Assembly (NCBI GenBank): GCA_013239625.1
Contig: MU053472.1
Coordinates: 620,001 to 684,000 of the forward strand
DNA length: 64,000 bases
Direction of reading: 5' to 3'
Source of the DNA: Lama guanicoe
Lineage: Eukaryota
A model generated the notes under the pieces. That model did no database searches. It saw only the letters and a list, made by a program, of their open reading frames with translations, and had not been told where the DNA came from. Position numbers and translations under genes: made by a program. Shown here in pieces: positions 1 to 12,388 of this stretch. The stretch's first letter is position 1. Each line of letters opens with the position of its first letter.

Positions 1-1048
1 ATCTAAACGATCGGCTTTGGGCTCACGATAGAGAGATAATTTTGAAATGGATGATCACATTTTACACTGGGGCCATAGAGGCAAGGAATGTAGAACACAG
101 TAATTACAAGTTTAGTCTTGATAAAACACTCTCCATCCTGTTTAAGTCAGCAGAGGTTAGCTTGCTCAGATCTCCACTTTTAATTGGTTTTGGGCTTGGG
201 TTTTTAGGGGGCGGAGGGCCATGTTCAAATTAGAAGACTCACTGAGAAGCCATAAACTGAGAGGGCGAGCTCGCGTATTTGCAGAAGATTTTGGTCAGAG
301 AAGCCGTGGTCAAGCACGCATACCTGTGGAACAAAAGTTTTTTCTCTTGAACTAAGATGTTGAAAGTTATGCCTCTCACCAGTGATGGAAATTCTGTGTG
401 CAAGGGCGGTGAATGACACCAAGTGTGTGCATCTGAACCATTGTATTTTCGATACCTATCACGTGTATGAGCGTGGCCCTTTCTTGTAGTAAAATGATAC
501 TTGGTTAGCGGTAAGTAAAGGGGATGTATCTTGTTGCTTTTCTAGCAGAGAAGCTGAGTCCCCTTCCTTGTCCCCAAATTTGGGTCCTCATTTGATCATT
601 CATACTTATCATTTGACTGTCTTCAGCTTTCCGTTCAAAGAAAATCAGTGAAATCAAACAAAACTGTAAGCGAGGCTTTAAAATAGAAATAGACATTTTG
701 AAAACATCTTTAATGACTTGGCAACCTTTTTACAAATGTTTGTAGTGTTTTGAAAAAAGTCAGGTTATTTATTTAGAAGCATGCAGACTTTCTCTGCTAG
801 CTGAACCCTATCGTTTAACAATAAATGATGCTTTTGCAGATAAATGATTCTTTTTATTCAGACTAGCAAATGAAATAGGGGCTGAAGTCTGAAGGCAGAT
901 GAACATTCCATCTATTATGATATGGTTAAAAACAACAACGCACTCCCTCAAATTATCCCCCAAATCCAACCCTCAGCTTGCCGGTTCCAGTGCCTTTTCA
1001 ATGAATTGACTGTCTCTATTTTGTGTTTTCTTTCTTTCCCTTCTGTAG

Positions 1049-1145
1049 CCCAGAAAGGTCAATGGTTGAGTGGATTTTTTGACTATGGCTCTTTCTCAGA
1101 GATCATGCAACCCTGGGCACAGACCGTGGTGGTTGGCAGAGCCAG
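1049..1145 (+). CDS. ACACA: Acetyl-CoA carboxylase 1 internal coding exon (9th from last)
   Basis: Polypyrimidine tract with AG at 1047-1048 and donor GTAAG at 1146. Translates [32 protein letters not shown], which I recognise as the ACC1 CT domain. 97 nt, phase joins the next exon. Confidence 0.97.
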
Positions 1146-4105
1146 GTAAGAGCTCTTTTGTTTTGGAAGCTCTTTTTCCTCCCAACTGAAAACAAGAAAG
1201 GAAAGGGCCACAGCTATATAGATTTTTACCAATAAAGCGCTCTTTGTCTAAACTTCCGAAGAACACTGGTTGATAGCCATGCCCAGGGCAGCACAGCTGG
1301 AGCACGGGTTCCCAGTGGTCACTTAGCGTGTCACTCCAGTGATGCGTTTAATCTGAAGTCTGGTTTTGACAACATTTCCTTTTTATGATGATGAAAAAAA
1401 AGTTCTTTGGGGGCTGGAGAGCCCAACTACAAAGCCATAGCCCCCCAGTGACCCCCCTCTGCTCCCCCAGAGGCCATTTTCTTTCAGGAGTGGGTGCCAG
1501 TTGAATCGTTCCCATCTACTTCTCTGTGTAACACACCCGAACGATCTGTGTAACCGAGAAATTCCTTCACGGCATGGAGATTTTTAAAGTAACAAACGCA
1601 CTCTACCGGCTTATCATCAGATGTGAATTGCCAAAAAAAAAAAAAAGTTTACCTGAAACAGGATGAGTGAGGAAAGTCAGCTGGAATAGGTGGCAGGGAT
1701 CCCTCTCTTTTTCAAGTGGGAAATTGAAGTTTCTATTAAATTTTAATACCCACTCTAAGAAGTGCTTCACTCAACAGCGAGCTCTGCACGAAATAATCTG
1801 CCGCGCTCGCCGGAACAAGCACCTGCCGGGGCTGATCTTAATCTGGCTCTGCGCTGGGAGACGGCCGCCCTGGGGACCCACATCTGGAGCTCACCTTCCT
1901 CTCGGGGGCAATCAGTTTTCCTTATCTTGGTGAAAAGTGGCACCTGCTCAAGATTCTCAAACATGCCACGTTGGGTTGAGATTTAGATTCCAGCCTTAGA
2001 AATAATTCCAGGCTCTGTGGTTCTCTTGGTCCAGCAGGTCAGCACGGCTCATGCTGCCAGTGACAAGGAACCATCCAATGGCAGATTCCACAGACAGGAT
2101 CTTTCACGGTGACTCTGAATAGGGGTCAGCCTGGAGTCAGCCCAGAGCGAGACTCCCAGGGACTAGCTCCCGCATCCTCTTGCGTCCCAGGGCTTCTGCC
2201 CCACCACAGGCTTCTGAGTCCCAGTGAGGAGTAGTCTTTGCACCCGGCAGGGTTCCTCCTGGGGAGGCGAGGGGGTGGTGTACTGGGGAGAGCCCTCGTA
2301 CTCAGGACCTATCAGTTTGTTGGAGACTCTTCACAGGACACCAGGACCAACTTTTCTGAGAACGTGTCTCATCTCTTCTGCTTCAATTTTCTCTCTGTAA
2401 AAAACATGATGGATTTTAAGTCTCAGAAAGCCAAACCTTTGTTCAGGTCTTTAAGATCCTCCCATGGGAAATAAGAGAATAATGCTTTACGCTTATGATT
2501 GGGAGAATAGGGACTGTTCTGCGAACAAGCTCAGTCAAGCTTGGCTTTGGTTAGCTCTGCCATTGTTTATTGCGACACTCCCTCAGACTTCTTTCTTTCT
2601 CTCCATCTGATGAGTCCTGGGTTTCTTCCTCCAAACATATACACATGCTCACAAGTATATAAAACACAAATGGAGCTAGCTTCTTTCAAAAGCAATGGCA
2701 TTTCGAGAAATAAATATAAATGTATTCTTCTGGGATTGTTACTGTAAGTGCTGCCAAAACTCATCTTTGGTATGTATGTTTGGAATATGTGTGCTATTGG
2801 CTGTAAATTGTCTTTTATTATTCCATGGCACCTTGTCCAGGGACACACTATAAAACAAGATGTAGCATCTTCATGTGCTAGCCTGATAAAATTTATATGA
2901 AGTATAATAGAAAACAGAAGTTGTTCTGAGCTGTTTTCAAGTTCAATAAATAACTGTAATACTCGGATAAAGATGTTCTTTATTAGGTCACATGGGCCCT
3001 AATATATAAGTTATAAGTTACCGATTTAGGGTGGCTTTTGCAATTACAAGTTTCCAGTTGGATTGTTAATCATTGTGAACAGAAATATTTCTAAACCCTC
3101 CTGTGTACCTCCTGCTCGTTGTCTGGTTGTCTAGAGGGCTTTTGATTCTGATTCAGTGCAGGCAAGTGACAAGGGGGTGGGTGGTCCCCACTCACGCCCC
3201 TGTCAGGCCTCCTATGATGACAAGAATCCATTTCCAGTAGCCAGTGTAACAACCAAAGACCATCCTTCATGGAGAAGTTTGTTATGGAGATGCTGTGGGG
3301 AACGAGAGACCATAACCCATTCCAGCCCCAACCCCCAGGAGTGTGGCTGAGAAGCTGAAGATTGAATCACATTTTCCAGATTGAGGACTCATCCTGTACC
3401 TTGCAGGCTCGGTCGCATTCACTTTCCCTCTCTCTTCTTGATTTTTACTACGAAATCTTTATGAGGACCAAGTTGGGAGGGTATTGTGGAGTACAGACGC
3501 AGAGCCTTGGAGCTCCTGAATCGTTTTTTAAATTAACAGAGCTTGGAGTTTAAATGTTTACTTCCAATACAGATCACCTGTTCCACCAAAATTACTTCTG
3601 GAGGTTATCCCTGTCCCATTGCTCTTCTCCAGAGGAAGAGAAGGTTAAGGGCTTGGTTAGGTTAACCTCCTCCCTTACACTTGGCACATGTTTTTCATCA
3701 TCCCCGTAACACACCTGCACACTCCCCATCCACATGCCCAATGGTAAGGCCTGGTGTACCCTCAGACCTTATCTGGAACCACGTTATTAAGTACTCCATA
3801 GAAAACTGCAGCTCTATGCCAGTAATGGAGTTGCAGGTTCCGATGGCCTTTCAGACCGTTCCCCTCCAGCTTCACCAAAGGCCTGCTGTAGGATGAACTG
3901 AGAAACTTCTCTTGGCAACAACAGTGATGGGTGTGTGCGGGCAAAACATCACACACATGCTAGGCTGTTGAGTCTAAATGCAGGGGCTCCCCTAGGACAA
4001 CCCTCGGTTTGAATTTATCCCATGCTGGGGAATAGGAATGGTTCTGAGGGCAGTTTCCCTGCAGATTTACCAAACTGACCACACATACCAAATCTGTACA
4101 GAAAC

Positions 4106-4334
4106 ATTTTACCCTTAGAAGAGTCAGATTTCCCCCTGCTCTTTGTATTTGTTCCCACTCCTGCCTGCCACCCCACGTTTTGATGTGGGATTGGAGAATG
4201 AATGACTAGCTGTAATGCTGATTTTACCTTAGAAGAGTCAGATTTCCCCCTGCTCTTTGTATTTGTTCCCACTCCTGCCTGCCACCCCACGTTTTGATGT
4301 GGGATTGGAGAATGAATGACTAGCTGTAATGCTG
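4106..4334. repeat. Tandem duplication, 2 x 114-115 bp
   Basis: 4106-4220 and 4221-4334 are identical except for one C (accctt vs acctt). Confidence 0.95.
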
Positions 4335-4372
4335 ACATACATTGGGTTCTTATGCGGCTCATTTTTTATCAG

Positions 4373-4469
4373 GCTGGGAGGAATTCCCGTGGGAGTAGTT
4401 GCTGTCGAAACCCGAACAGTGGAACTAAGTATCCCAGCTGATCCTGCAAACCTGGATTCTGAAGCCAAG
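4373..4469 (+). CDS. ACACA: ACC1 coding exon (8th from last)
   Basis: AG at 4371-4372, GTAGGT donor. [32 protein letters not shown], 97 nt. Confidence 0.97.
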
Positions 4470-5256
4470 GTAGGTCACCTCGAGGACCCTGAGCGCCTGA
4501 GCTTGGAGCCGCGCTTCCCTTCCGCAGAGCCATGGATATACCGGAAGCACTGCAAACGCCAGTGTTAGGGGAGGGGGCAGCCAGCAGTCTTGAATGACTT
4601 CACACCATCATGTGCTTCTTCTAAGATGACTACATGGACTGCAAGCTAAATCCTGCCTGCAAAATTAAATAGGCCTCTACAGTGGTCTTGCTGATGCTAG
4701 AAAACAGTCTACTTCTGTTGGGTACACGGTCTTACAGAAAGGCAGCTGAGATGTGCTGACGGCTCTTTGGCCCCAGATTCTCTCAGCACACCCATGGAAG
4801 AGCTCCTACTGGAATCAATAAGGAAGTCTGCCCAAAGGCCAAATGTGAACACCACAGCCCAGCTCTTTTAAAAGGGTGGTTAGGTTTCCACACCCTGACA
4901 AGTTCCAGAAAACAAGGGGCAGGGGAGACAAGAGGCGGTTATTTAGCAGGGTCACCTCAAGTGTCCTTTGATTAACCACAGTCCAGGGAAAGCTGTGCCG
5001 AGAAGCACAGAGGTGAGAGGACTCGGAGACTTTGTGTAGTTGACTTGCTTTGGTTGGTGTAGAGTCACGTAAAATTGTTTTTGGGAGACTTCGAACAAGA
5101 ATTCCTCAGACTGCATTCTTTCCTTGGAAGCAGTAAGGCTTCACCCTCTTGATTGAAGAACGGTGGTGTAATCAAAACTTAAAAAGAGTCGTATTTAATA
5201 ATCAAAGATCCAGGATCCTTCTTTTTGACTTCAAAAATGATTTTAAAAAATAATAA

Positions 5257-5376
5257 TTTTCTTTTTTAGGGTGTAGGGGAAGGGAGGTAATTAGGTTTAT
5301 TTATTAATGTTTAGAGGAGGTACTGGGGATTGAACCCAGGACCTCATACATGCCAAGTTTGTGCTCTACCCTCCCC
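5257..5376 (-). mobile_element. tRNA-Ala-derived SINE (vic-1-like)
   Basis: The reverse complement contains GAGGTCCTGGGTTCAATCCCCAGTACCTCC (B box) and the AAACCTAATTACC tail shared with the copies at 46072 and 61197. Confidence 0.85.
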
Positions 5377-5519
5377 AACCCCCAAGATGATGATCTTGAT
5401 GAATGATTTTTGTTCAGCTCGCTTTTGAGTTTTTAACAGTGAAACCTGGTTCTCCTTGGAGAGATTCCCCTTCAAGCTGTGTTGTTAATTGCGTCTTCCT
5501 CTTTGGCTTTTCTCAATAG

Positions 5520-5655
5520 ATAATCCAGCAGGCTGGCCAAGTTTGGTTCCCAGACTCCGCGTTTAAGACCTATCAAGCTATCAAGGACTTCAACCGTGAA
5601 GGGCTGCCTCTGATGGTCTTTGCCAACTGGAGAGGCTTCTCTGGTGGGATGAAGG
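5520..5655 (+). CDS. ACACA: ACC1 coding exon (7th from last)
   Basis: TAG acceptor, GTGAGT donor. [45 protein letters not shown] contains the conserved [11 protein letters not shown] motif. 136 nt. Confidence 0.97.
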
Positions 5656-6904
5656 GTGAGTGGCTTGGCCCTGGGGCCTCACTGATTCCCCTGAACACTG
5701 CAGTGGGGGGTATTTATTGGGCAGAGCCCATGGGTGTCCTGACAGCCCATCACCCTAGGCTTCCTGGGGGTTGTGCTCCCTCTGAGGTATCTTCTGAGTT
5801 GTAACTTGGGTGGGAAAATTCAGTATGTTTTTATAATTCCACGCAGAATTTCAGAAGGATCTGCTAGTGTTGCCTCGGTGGGCTGCTCTTGTGGATTTAG
5901 GGACTGGCGGGCTGTTCCGATGGTCCTGGGGAGTGTGGTTGTGCCTGTCTCTGTCCCTCTTTTCGGGGCCTACTCTTTGTTGGTGTTAGTCTTGAATGCT
6001 CTACCGTGACCAAGATAGATTCTGAAATTAGCCTTCACCAGAAGAAAATGAACAGATTCCTTACCAGAGGCTGTTCTTTGTGGCAGTTTGTGATATGTTT
6101 TAGTATTATCCAACAACAGCCTTGGGCCTGTGGCGCCAGTGTATTAGGCCATTATTATAAAGCCTCTGCTCTGTGCTGGTGTCACCAATTACCAAGGGTC
6201 CTCCATGTGCAGAGCCACCGTGGACAGCTCAGGGAAAGCCTGAGGGAGCGTACTCCACCTCTCAGAGTAGCGACGCTCTCTCTCCAATGGCCAGAGATTC
6301 ATGGCCATGCTGAGGCCAGGAGGGGATGACTGTGCTGATGAGTGTCCACTTTAGTCATCAGGGAGGACCCAAGGTTCTGAAGGAGTGGAATGAGGTAGGG
6401 GAGTGGAAGGAGGCGGGGTGGATGCTGCTGGAGGAAATAGAGCGATCAGAGGTAGGACATAGACACTGTGAAAGAATGAGCTCTCCCTAAGGCACCCAGA
6501 AAGGGCTTGGGGCAGGAGCATCTCTAGCTTTGAGGGAGGAAAGGCCTGGGAATGTTACCCTCTAGTAGGTCATCAGCTGTGTGTGGAAAGACATTAGAGC
6601 CTTATGCTAACAACTCTCCCTCACCTGGCCAGGGAAACCCCTGCCTTTGTATAGCCAGGCCTCCCTGCCAAAATGTGGACAACTAGGGCAATTTTTTTTG
6701 TTGTTGTTTTTTCAGTTGAAAAGTTCCCTTTGTCCATATTTACTGGAGAACTACCACATTTTACAGTTTCTTTGGAGAGGCTTGGACTATACATGCTAAT
6801 TAGTGTTTGTATACTTTCCTAGACTATCAAGGTGAATTATTTTTTGACTAAGATAATAAATCAGGGGAAATACCATGAGATACTGAGAGTATAGGTTAAA
6901 CAAG

Positions 6905-7110
6905 TCAATCCTGCACATTTTTATTGAGTTTCTATGTGCAAGAAACCATGCTAGCTAGATACTTCAGAGAAAACAAAAATAAGTCAGAAATAGACATTGC
7001 CTGAAAGAGTCAAGAAAAATGTCTTGCGCAGAATGATAAAGCCCTATGTGTAACAGAACAGCACAGTGTTCAAAGGAGGAAGGTACTGTATGGGGTGGGG
7101 GAGCTGAAAT
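6905..7110 (-). mobile_element. L2 3' fragment
   Basis: ACATTTTTATTGAGTTTCTATGTGCAAG resembles the reverse complement of the L2 3' end. Degenerate. Confidence 0.55.
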
Positions 7111-7454
7111 CCCTTTCATTTATGTATGTGAGGTTCATTCAGCATCAGATTTCACCTGATCCCGGATTCCTCGGCTGGAGGAGTGACATCAAGGCTTAGG
7201 AGAGAATGCAATGCTGTTACTCCTTAGTTACCTCTCTTCCCGGGGAGCCGTCGAGGATTCACTCTTCCTGACATTACTCAGGAGTGATAAGTCAGCCTGG
7301 CCGTTTCGTCCTGGCAGACGTAGAGTTCAAAAGTTTGTGACGTGCCGCTTGTATGGAAAGCTTGAATTGTGCTGCACATTTTGGCTCAGGCCCAGCCTGA
7401 CCGCTAGCCCTGTAACAGTAACCACAGCAGTTGAGAGCTGTTGAGCTCTCTTCC

Positions 7455-7640
7455 CCAGAAACCGTGCTAACCGTTTTACATGCATCATCTCACGTAATCA
7501 TCACAAGAAGCACCTCCAAGGGGTGAGTTATAGTATCATCCCCAATTTACATATATTGAGACTTAGGTTAAGAAAATTTCCCGAGATCATTTAGCTTAAA
7601 AATGAGAACATAGATCTGTCTTACTTCCTATAGCACAGGT
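7455..7640 (-). mobile_element. MIR SINE
   Basis: TTTTACATGCATCATCTCACGTAATC...ATCCCCAATTTACA...GGTTAAGAAAATTTCCCGAGATCA matches the reverse MIR core. Confidence 0.75.
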
Positions 7641-7787
7641 TAGCGCCTCGGACCAGAACCAGATCTACTAGCATATCCCGAGAATCAGAACATCTAGGTT
7701 CCTGAGAAAGTTCCTACCCACCCACCTCCCCTCTGCTTTGGGGTTATTGTAACCAGAAACTGCAAGAGCTCAGAAATGAATTATGGC

Positions 7788-7989
7788 TTTTTTTCATTGT
7801 AAAATATACATAACGTAATACTTAGCGTTTCAACCATTTGTAAGAGTATACAATTCAGCGGCATTAAATACATTCACAGTGTTGTGTGACCGTCACTGCT
7901 GCCTATACCCCGAACTTTTTCATCATCCCCGACCTAAAGCCTGTATTCGTTAAAAATTACTCCCTACTTCCCCCTTCCCCCACTCCTAA
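7788..7989 (-). mobile_element. Short L1 3'-end fragment (L1MA/MB-like)
   Basis: Poly-T start and TACAATTCAGCGGCATTAAATACATTCACAGTGTTGTG. Flanked by a degenerate TSD, TCAGAAATGAATTAT (7770-7784) and TCAAAAATGAGTTAT (7990-8004). Confidence 0.8.
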
Positions 7990-9944
7990 TCAAAAATGAG
8001 TTATTGGCCTGATGTGGAGCAGGACCAGCTCTGTTTTCTGGATTTTGGTGCTGCTGCATCCGTTTACACATCACTCAAGTCGAATAAGCTTTGGGGAAGA
8101 TAGAGACCAGTGTGAAAGCAGGAGGGGAAGATCGCCCTCCTCTCATATTTACATACAGGTCAGGATGTTTCCGACATATTATCTCATGGAAAGGGACCTA
8201 AGCAGAGAGTCATTCCATATCCCTTGGGGAGATGTTTGCAGTTTTGGTTTCAATACTGGCTGGGGATTATGCAGGGAGGGAAAATAAACAATTATGCCAT
8301 CCCTCAGTGCACACAAACACACAGCCAGGAGCCGACTGCACTGTGGGTAAAATGACTCCAAAATTGTGTGTAATGAGTAGGAAAAGATTAGAGACAGCTC
8401 TTGCTATGCTGAAAATTGACATTAGTGGAGGGAAAAAAAAAAAACTCTTTACTAGTCGGCCTAGGAGGTCTAATTCGAGCAGTAAAAATATAAATAAATA
8501 AATAAAAGCATGTCAAGATGGTATTGGCGCTTTCTTCCCAATGAGCTCTATCTGGCCGGAAGGCTATTCAGCATAATGCAAAATTAAATTATAAAAACTG
8601 GCTGAATATTTAGATGGAAGAGCCATTTGGAAGCAGTTTATTTAGACGAACCGGCAATGACCCACAACAGGGAGACATCAAGCGTGAAATTTACTAGAAA
8701 TTAGCACCAGGGTCCCAGCCTCAGCATGAATAGCTTGATAGGATGCAAATCCCAGTGATATTAAGCTCCTCACTGCTAGTGCTACAGGGTCACTCTCAGT
8801 TGGTTTTTCATGTTATACTTATTATTTTTTCCTGGGACAGGTTATAAATAACAATAAAAAAACATTTATTGAAAACTTTAACTGGAATGAAAGTCCATTT
8901 TAAAGTCTCTGATTACTTGGATGTTGACATACAGTGTCAGCCGGCCATAATGAACTCATGAGAGACATTATGTGTTTGCAGCTTGTGTATGCCTAACGCT
9001 TACCTTCAGCTTCTAACACATAATCTTGCCTCAAGCCAGTAAGATCTGTTCCAGTTTCGAGGGCGTGGGGCCCTGGGGATGCCCCTACCCGCTTTGCTCC
9101 CTTGTCTGGTACATGTGGCTGCCACGGTTTATCCATGTTGTGTAACAATGAAGGCCCGAGGCAGGATTGGCGCCTGGGTGCTGAGAACACACTGGAAAGA
9201 CTGTGTGATCACCATTCATGCAGATGTGCTTTGCTCCGAATGCTCAGAAAGCCACAGGCTCCCGCCTCTCCAAGGAGGAACCTATCAGTATTTTCCATTC
9301 CCATTGCCTTTCTCAGGGCCTGAGAACTGACAGGCGGCATATGCATAGCTTTACAACTCCCTGGGCTGATTTCTAGTTGAAACCCTTGGGATCCCCGCCC
9401 TCCCCTGCTACTCTTGGCTCTGCTTGTGCTCTGTCTCTTAAATAGAAAGGGATTTCAAACAAATGTGTGCCCGGTTGTTGCCAATTGCTTCGGCCTGCCT
9501 TTCAGAATACGTGGTTTGGGGCAGCTGTGATTCAGGACGAGCGTGTTGTTTGTAGAGTTTGTGTGTTCGTGTGCTTGTTTATATTTTAATAGCCTTTGTT
9601 GCTTTTTGAGTGTTGTGATGGTTTGGACTGTGGGGTGTTGCTGTTCCAGGTTAGATGGAGGCACTGTTTTCAGTCTCTAGCTTGTCAGCTTTCATGAAGT
9701 TTGATGCCCCTTTTCTGCTCACAGTCTTGGGGCCTGGAGATAATTGTTTGGCAGTCAGATCCAAGCCCTTCACATAGCTGGTCGTACAATTTCTGATATT
9801 TCTGAACATACCAAAACCTCAGGCAAGATTTAGAAATACTCATTTTTTTCAGGTCTCTTTTCTGGTTTTTATTTCACCCCACCATTGTATCAGATGCTGG
9901 AAAGCAGATTACTTCAGCTTCATGCTCTTTCCTCGAAGTAAGAG

Positions 9945-10150
9945 TGATGAGTTAAGAATGAAGTAGTTGAATGTGGACTCTGGAGCCAAAGAGACCTGAA
10001 TTCAAAGTCTTAACTCTGCCACTTACTATTTAAGCCTCGGTTTAGTGGCCTGTCACTTGGCTATGAGATTTTTCTGATGATTAAATGGCATGCGTGTGTG
10101 TGCACGCGCGCGTGTGCACGTGTAACCACGCTCCCTGGTATACAGTGAGC
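9945..10150 (+). mobile_element. MIR SINE with internal purine-pyrimidine microsatellite
   Basis: GGACTCTGGAGCCAAAGAGACCTGAATTCAAAGTCTTAACTCTGCCACTTACT is a MIR head. Confidence 0.7.
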
Positions 10151-10628
10151 TAGCCATGAAGATGAACAGGAGCAATAAAAAAAATGTTTAAAAAAAAAAA
10201 GATAAACAGGAGGGACCAAAGTCCACTTCACAAAAGTAAAACACACACATACTCAACTTACTTATCCCAAACAATTTGCTTATACTGTAAAATCAAGTGT
10301 TGTTTTTTTTTTAATTAAGTAAATGGGGGTACATTTTCAATAAAGTCCTCTCCTTTTCTGGGGAGCTGGGTCTGTTAATCATAGTACAGAGATGGATTTT
10401 GATGCAGACATGTCTTTAACAAACAGAAGTGAGTGTAGAGGCTGGAAACTTGATCATTTACCTCTTAACTTACTTTTTCCTTTTCCACGTGGAATGGCTT
10501 TTCTGTGTGCTGTTTTCTGTTGTTTCCCTTTTTCCTTTTATCTCTGCCTCCCATTTCTCTGCACGTGACGCCGCTGAGGGCCACTCCTCTCCGTTACTCG
10601 TTCTGAGACCATACTCTTGGCAGCACTG

Positions 10629-10819
10629 AAAAATGTACTGCTAATTACACAATTATTTTATTATGTAGCACTGGTTGAAATATCCACTAAAGAATTAATT
10701 TAGTTAAAATAATTTGAACTGAGCAATTATTTTCATAACCACAGAATTAGCGTAAAGCGCTTAAAGTCCTTTATTCCCTGCTCTTCATAGAGCAGTTGTG
10801 TAATTAGCAGTAAATTTTT
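10629..10819. repeat. Inverted repeat, 24-bp arms (23/24 match), 143-bp spacer
   Basis: AAAAATGTACTGCTAATTACACAA (10629-10652) versus TTGTGTAATTAGCAGTAAATTTTT (10796-10819). Confidence 0.9.
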
Positions 10820-11607
10820 TTGGTCTTTGCTTTCCTCCCAAAGGAATAAACGTCTTTGTTCTGATCACATACACGGAGTATGTGACCATTCACATTCCAC
10901 ACAGAGTAGGGGGTTTTCCCTGGGGCATCTTCCGAATGTTTGGAATTCCTTCCCGGACCAGCCAGGTTGGGCACTGGAGAATGGCCTGTACCTTGCCGTG
11001 AGCGTGCTCACTGACAGCTTCTATAGAGAGTCGTTTTTACTTCGGAGGAGGCAGCAGTTTAATTTGCCAGTAACTACAATGAAAGCAATTTCTATTTGGT
11101 TGGCTCTTAACCTCCTGAAAAATGCTTCTTTGCTTTGGATTTCCAGATTGATTTATTCCAAATTGAGATCCTCTCCTTGATAGGAAAGTTTGAACTCAGT
11201 TGAACCTGTTATTTGGTGTTTCAAAAGGATCCATTGTGGTTCCACCGAAATACTCATTGAACATCTGGACTCATAAACCTAAAACTTTAGCAATGGTTAG
11301 ACTTCAGTGAGCTAGGAAATGGGAGGAAGTCATAAATTATTGGGAAATAAATAACTGGTCCTGCTTTCCAAGGACTAACTATGCACCAAGGGTTCCTTTT
11401 GTAATCCCTTTGGGGGGGTTACGAAGTATAGTCTTTAGCATAGTGAAGAGGTGGCTCTTCTTTTTATGCAGCTGTGTGATATTTACAATAAATACATTTC
11501 CAATTAAATACATTTAATTTTTTCTCTCATTGATACCCTGATAAAAATGCGGCTGATAAAGAATTAATTTTTCTTTCTCGCTATGTTCTTTCCAAAGTGC
11601 ATGTATG

Positions 11608-11690
11608 TGTCCATTCATTTATTCAGCAGACACTGAGCACTATGTTTCAGGCACTGGACAGGACCCTGGGGATGCAAAGAGGAAAGATGC
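11608..11690 (-). mobile_element. L2 3' terminal fragment
   Basis: CATTCATTTATTCAGCAGACACTGAGCACTATGTTTCAGGCACTG. Confidence 0.6.
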
Positions 11691-12210
11691 AGTTTTTGAA
11701 GATAAAATTTTTGAAGGATCCATTTCCATTTGCTGTGCTTTTTAAGGGCTTAAAGTATGCTGAGTATCACGATGAGAAGAAGACAAGAAGAATTGAAAAG
11801 AGCTTGGGTAGTTCCTCCAGAAAACTTAATGTAGTGCGAGAGATCACATATTGACATGAAAAATACTCAACATTTGTAGAGCAAGTGTGAATTAATGTGG
11901 TGAGACCTGAGTGCAGAAATTCAGGGAGGATGTAAAGTGGATATGCAACCCACAGGGCCTGCACACAGAATCTTAGGAAAGAAAATATACTTCTTGTGGG
12001 CTTTTGAAGATTCCCTTGCAGTCTTACATAGAACACGGGTGGAGACACCAATCACTTTAGTCTTCAGGGTGGCCAGACAGGACCTAGGGTAGCTGCACCC
12101 CCAGACCTGTCGCCTCTGGCTGTGAGCAGCCTTATTTTCTCTGTGTACCACAGTGTGAACGGTGTTTGGAAGCACTCTTCATGGTTCCCAATTTGTCTCA
12201 CCCTCCACAG

Positions 12211-12388
12211 ATATGTACGACCAGGTGCTGAAGTTCGGTGCTTACATCGTGGATGGCCTGCGGGAGTGCTCCCAGCCTGTGATGGTTTACATTCCTCCGC
12301 AGGCCGAGCTTCGGGGCGGCTCCTGGGTCGTGATTGACCCCACCATCAACCCCCGGCACATGGAGATGTACGCTGACCGAGAAAGCAG
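12211..12388 (+). CDS. ACACA: ACC1 coding exon (6th from last)
   Basis: CAG acceptor, GTAGCA donor. [60 protein letters not shown] contains the ELRGGSW motif. 178 nt. Confidence 0.97.

Noticed and set aside
4106..4334. CRISPR-like or satellite array
   Set aside because: Only two adjacent copies with no spacers, in a eukaryotic intron.
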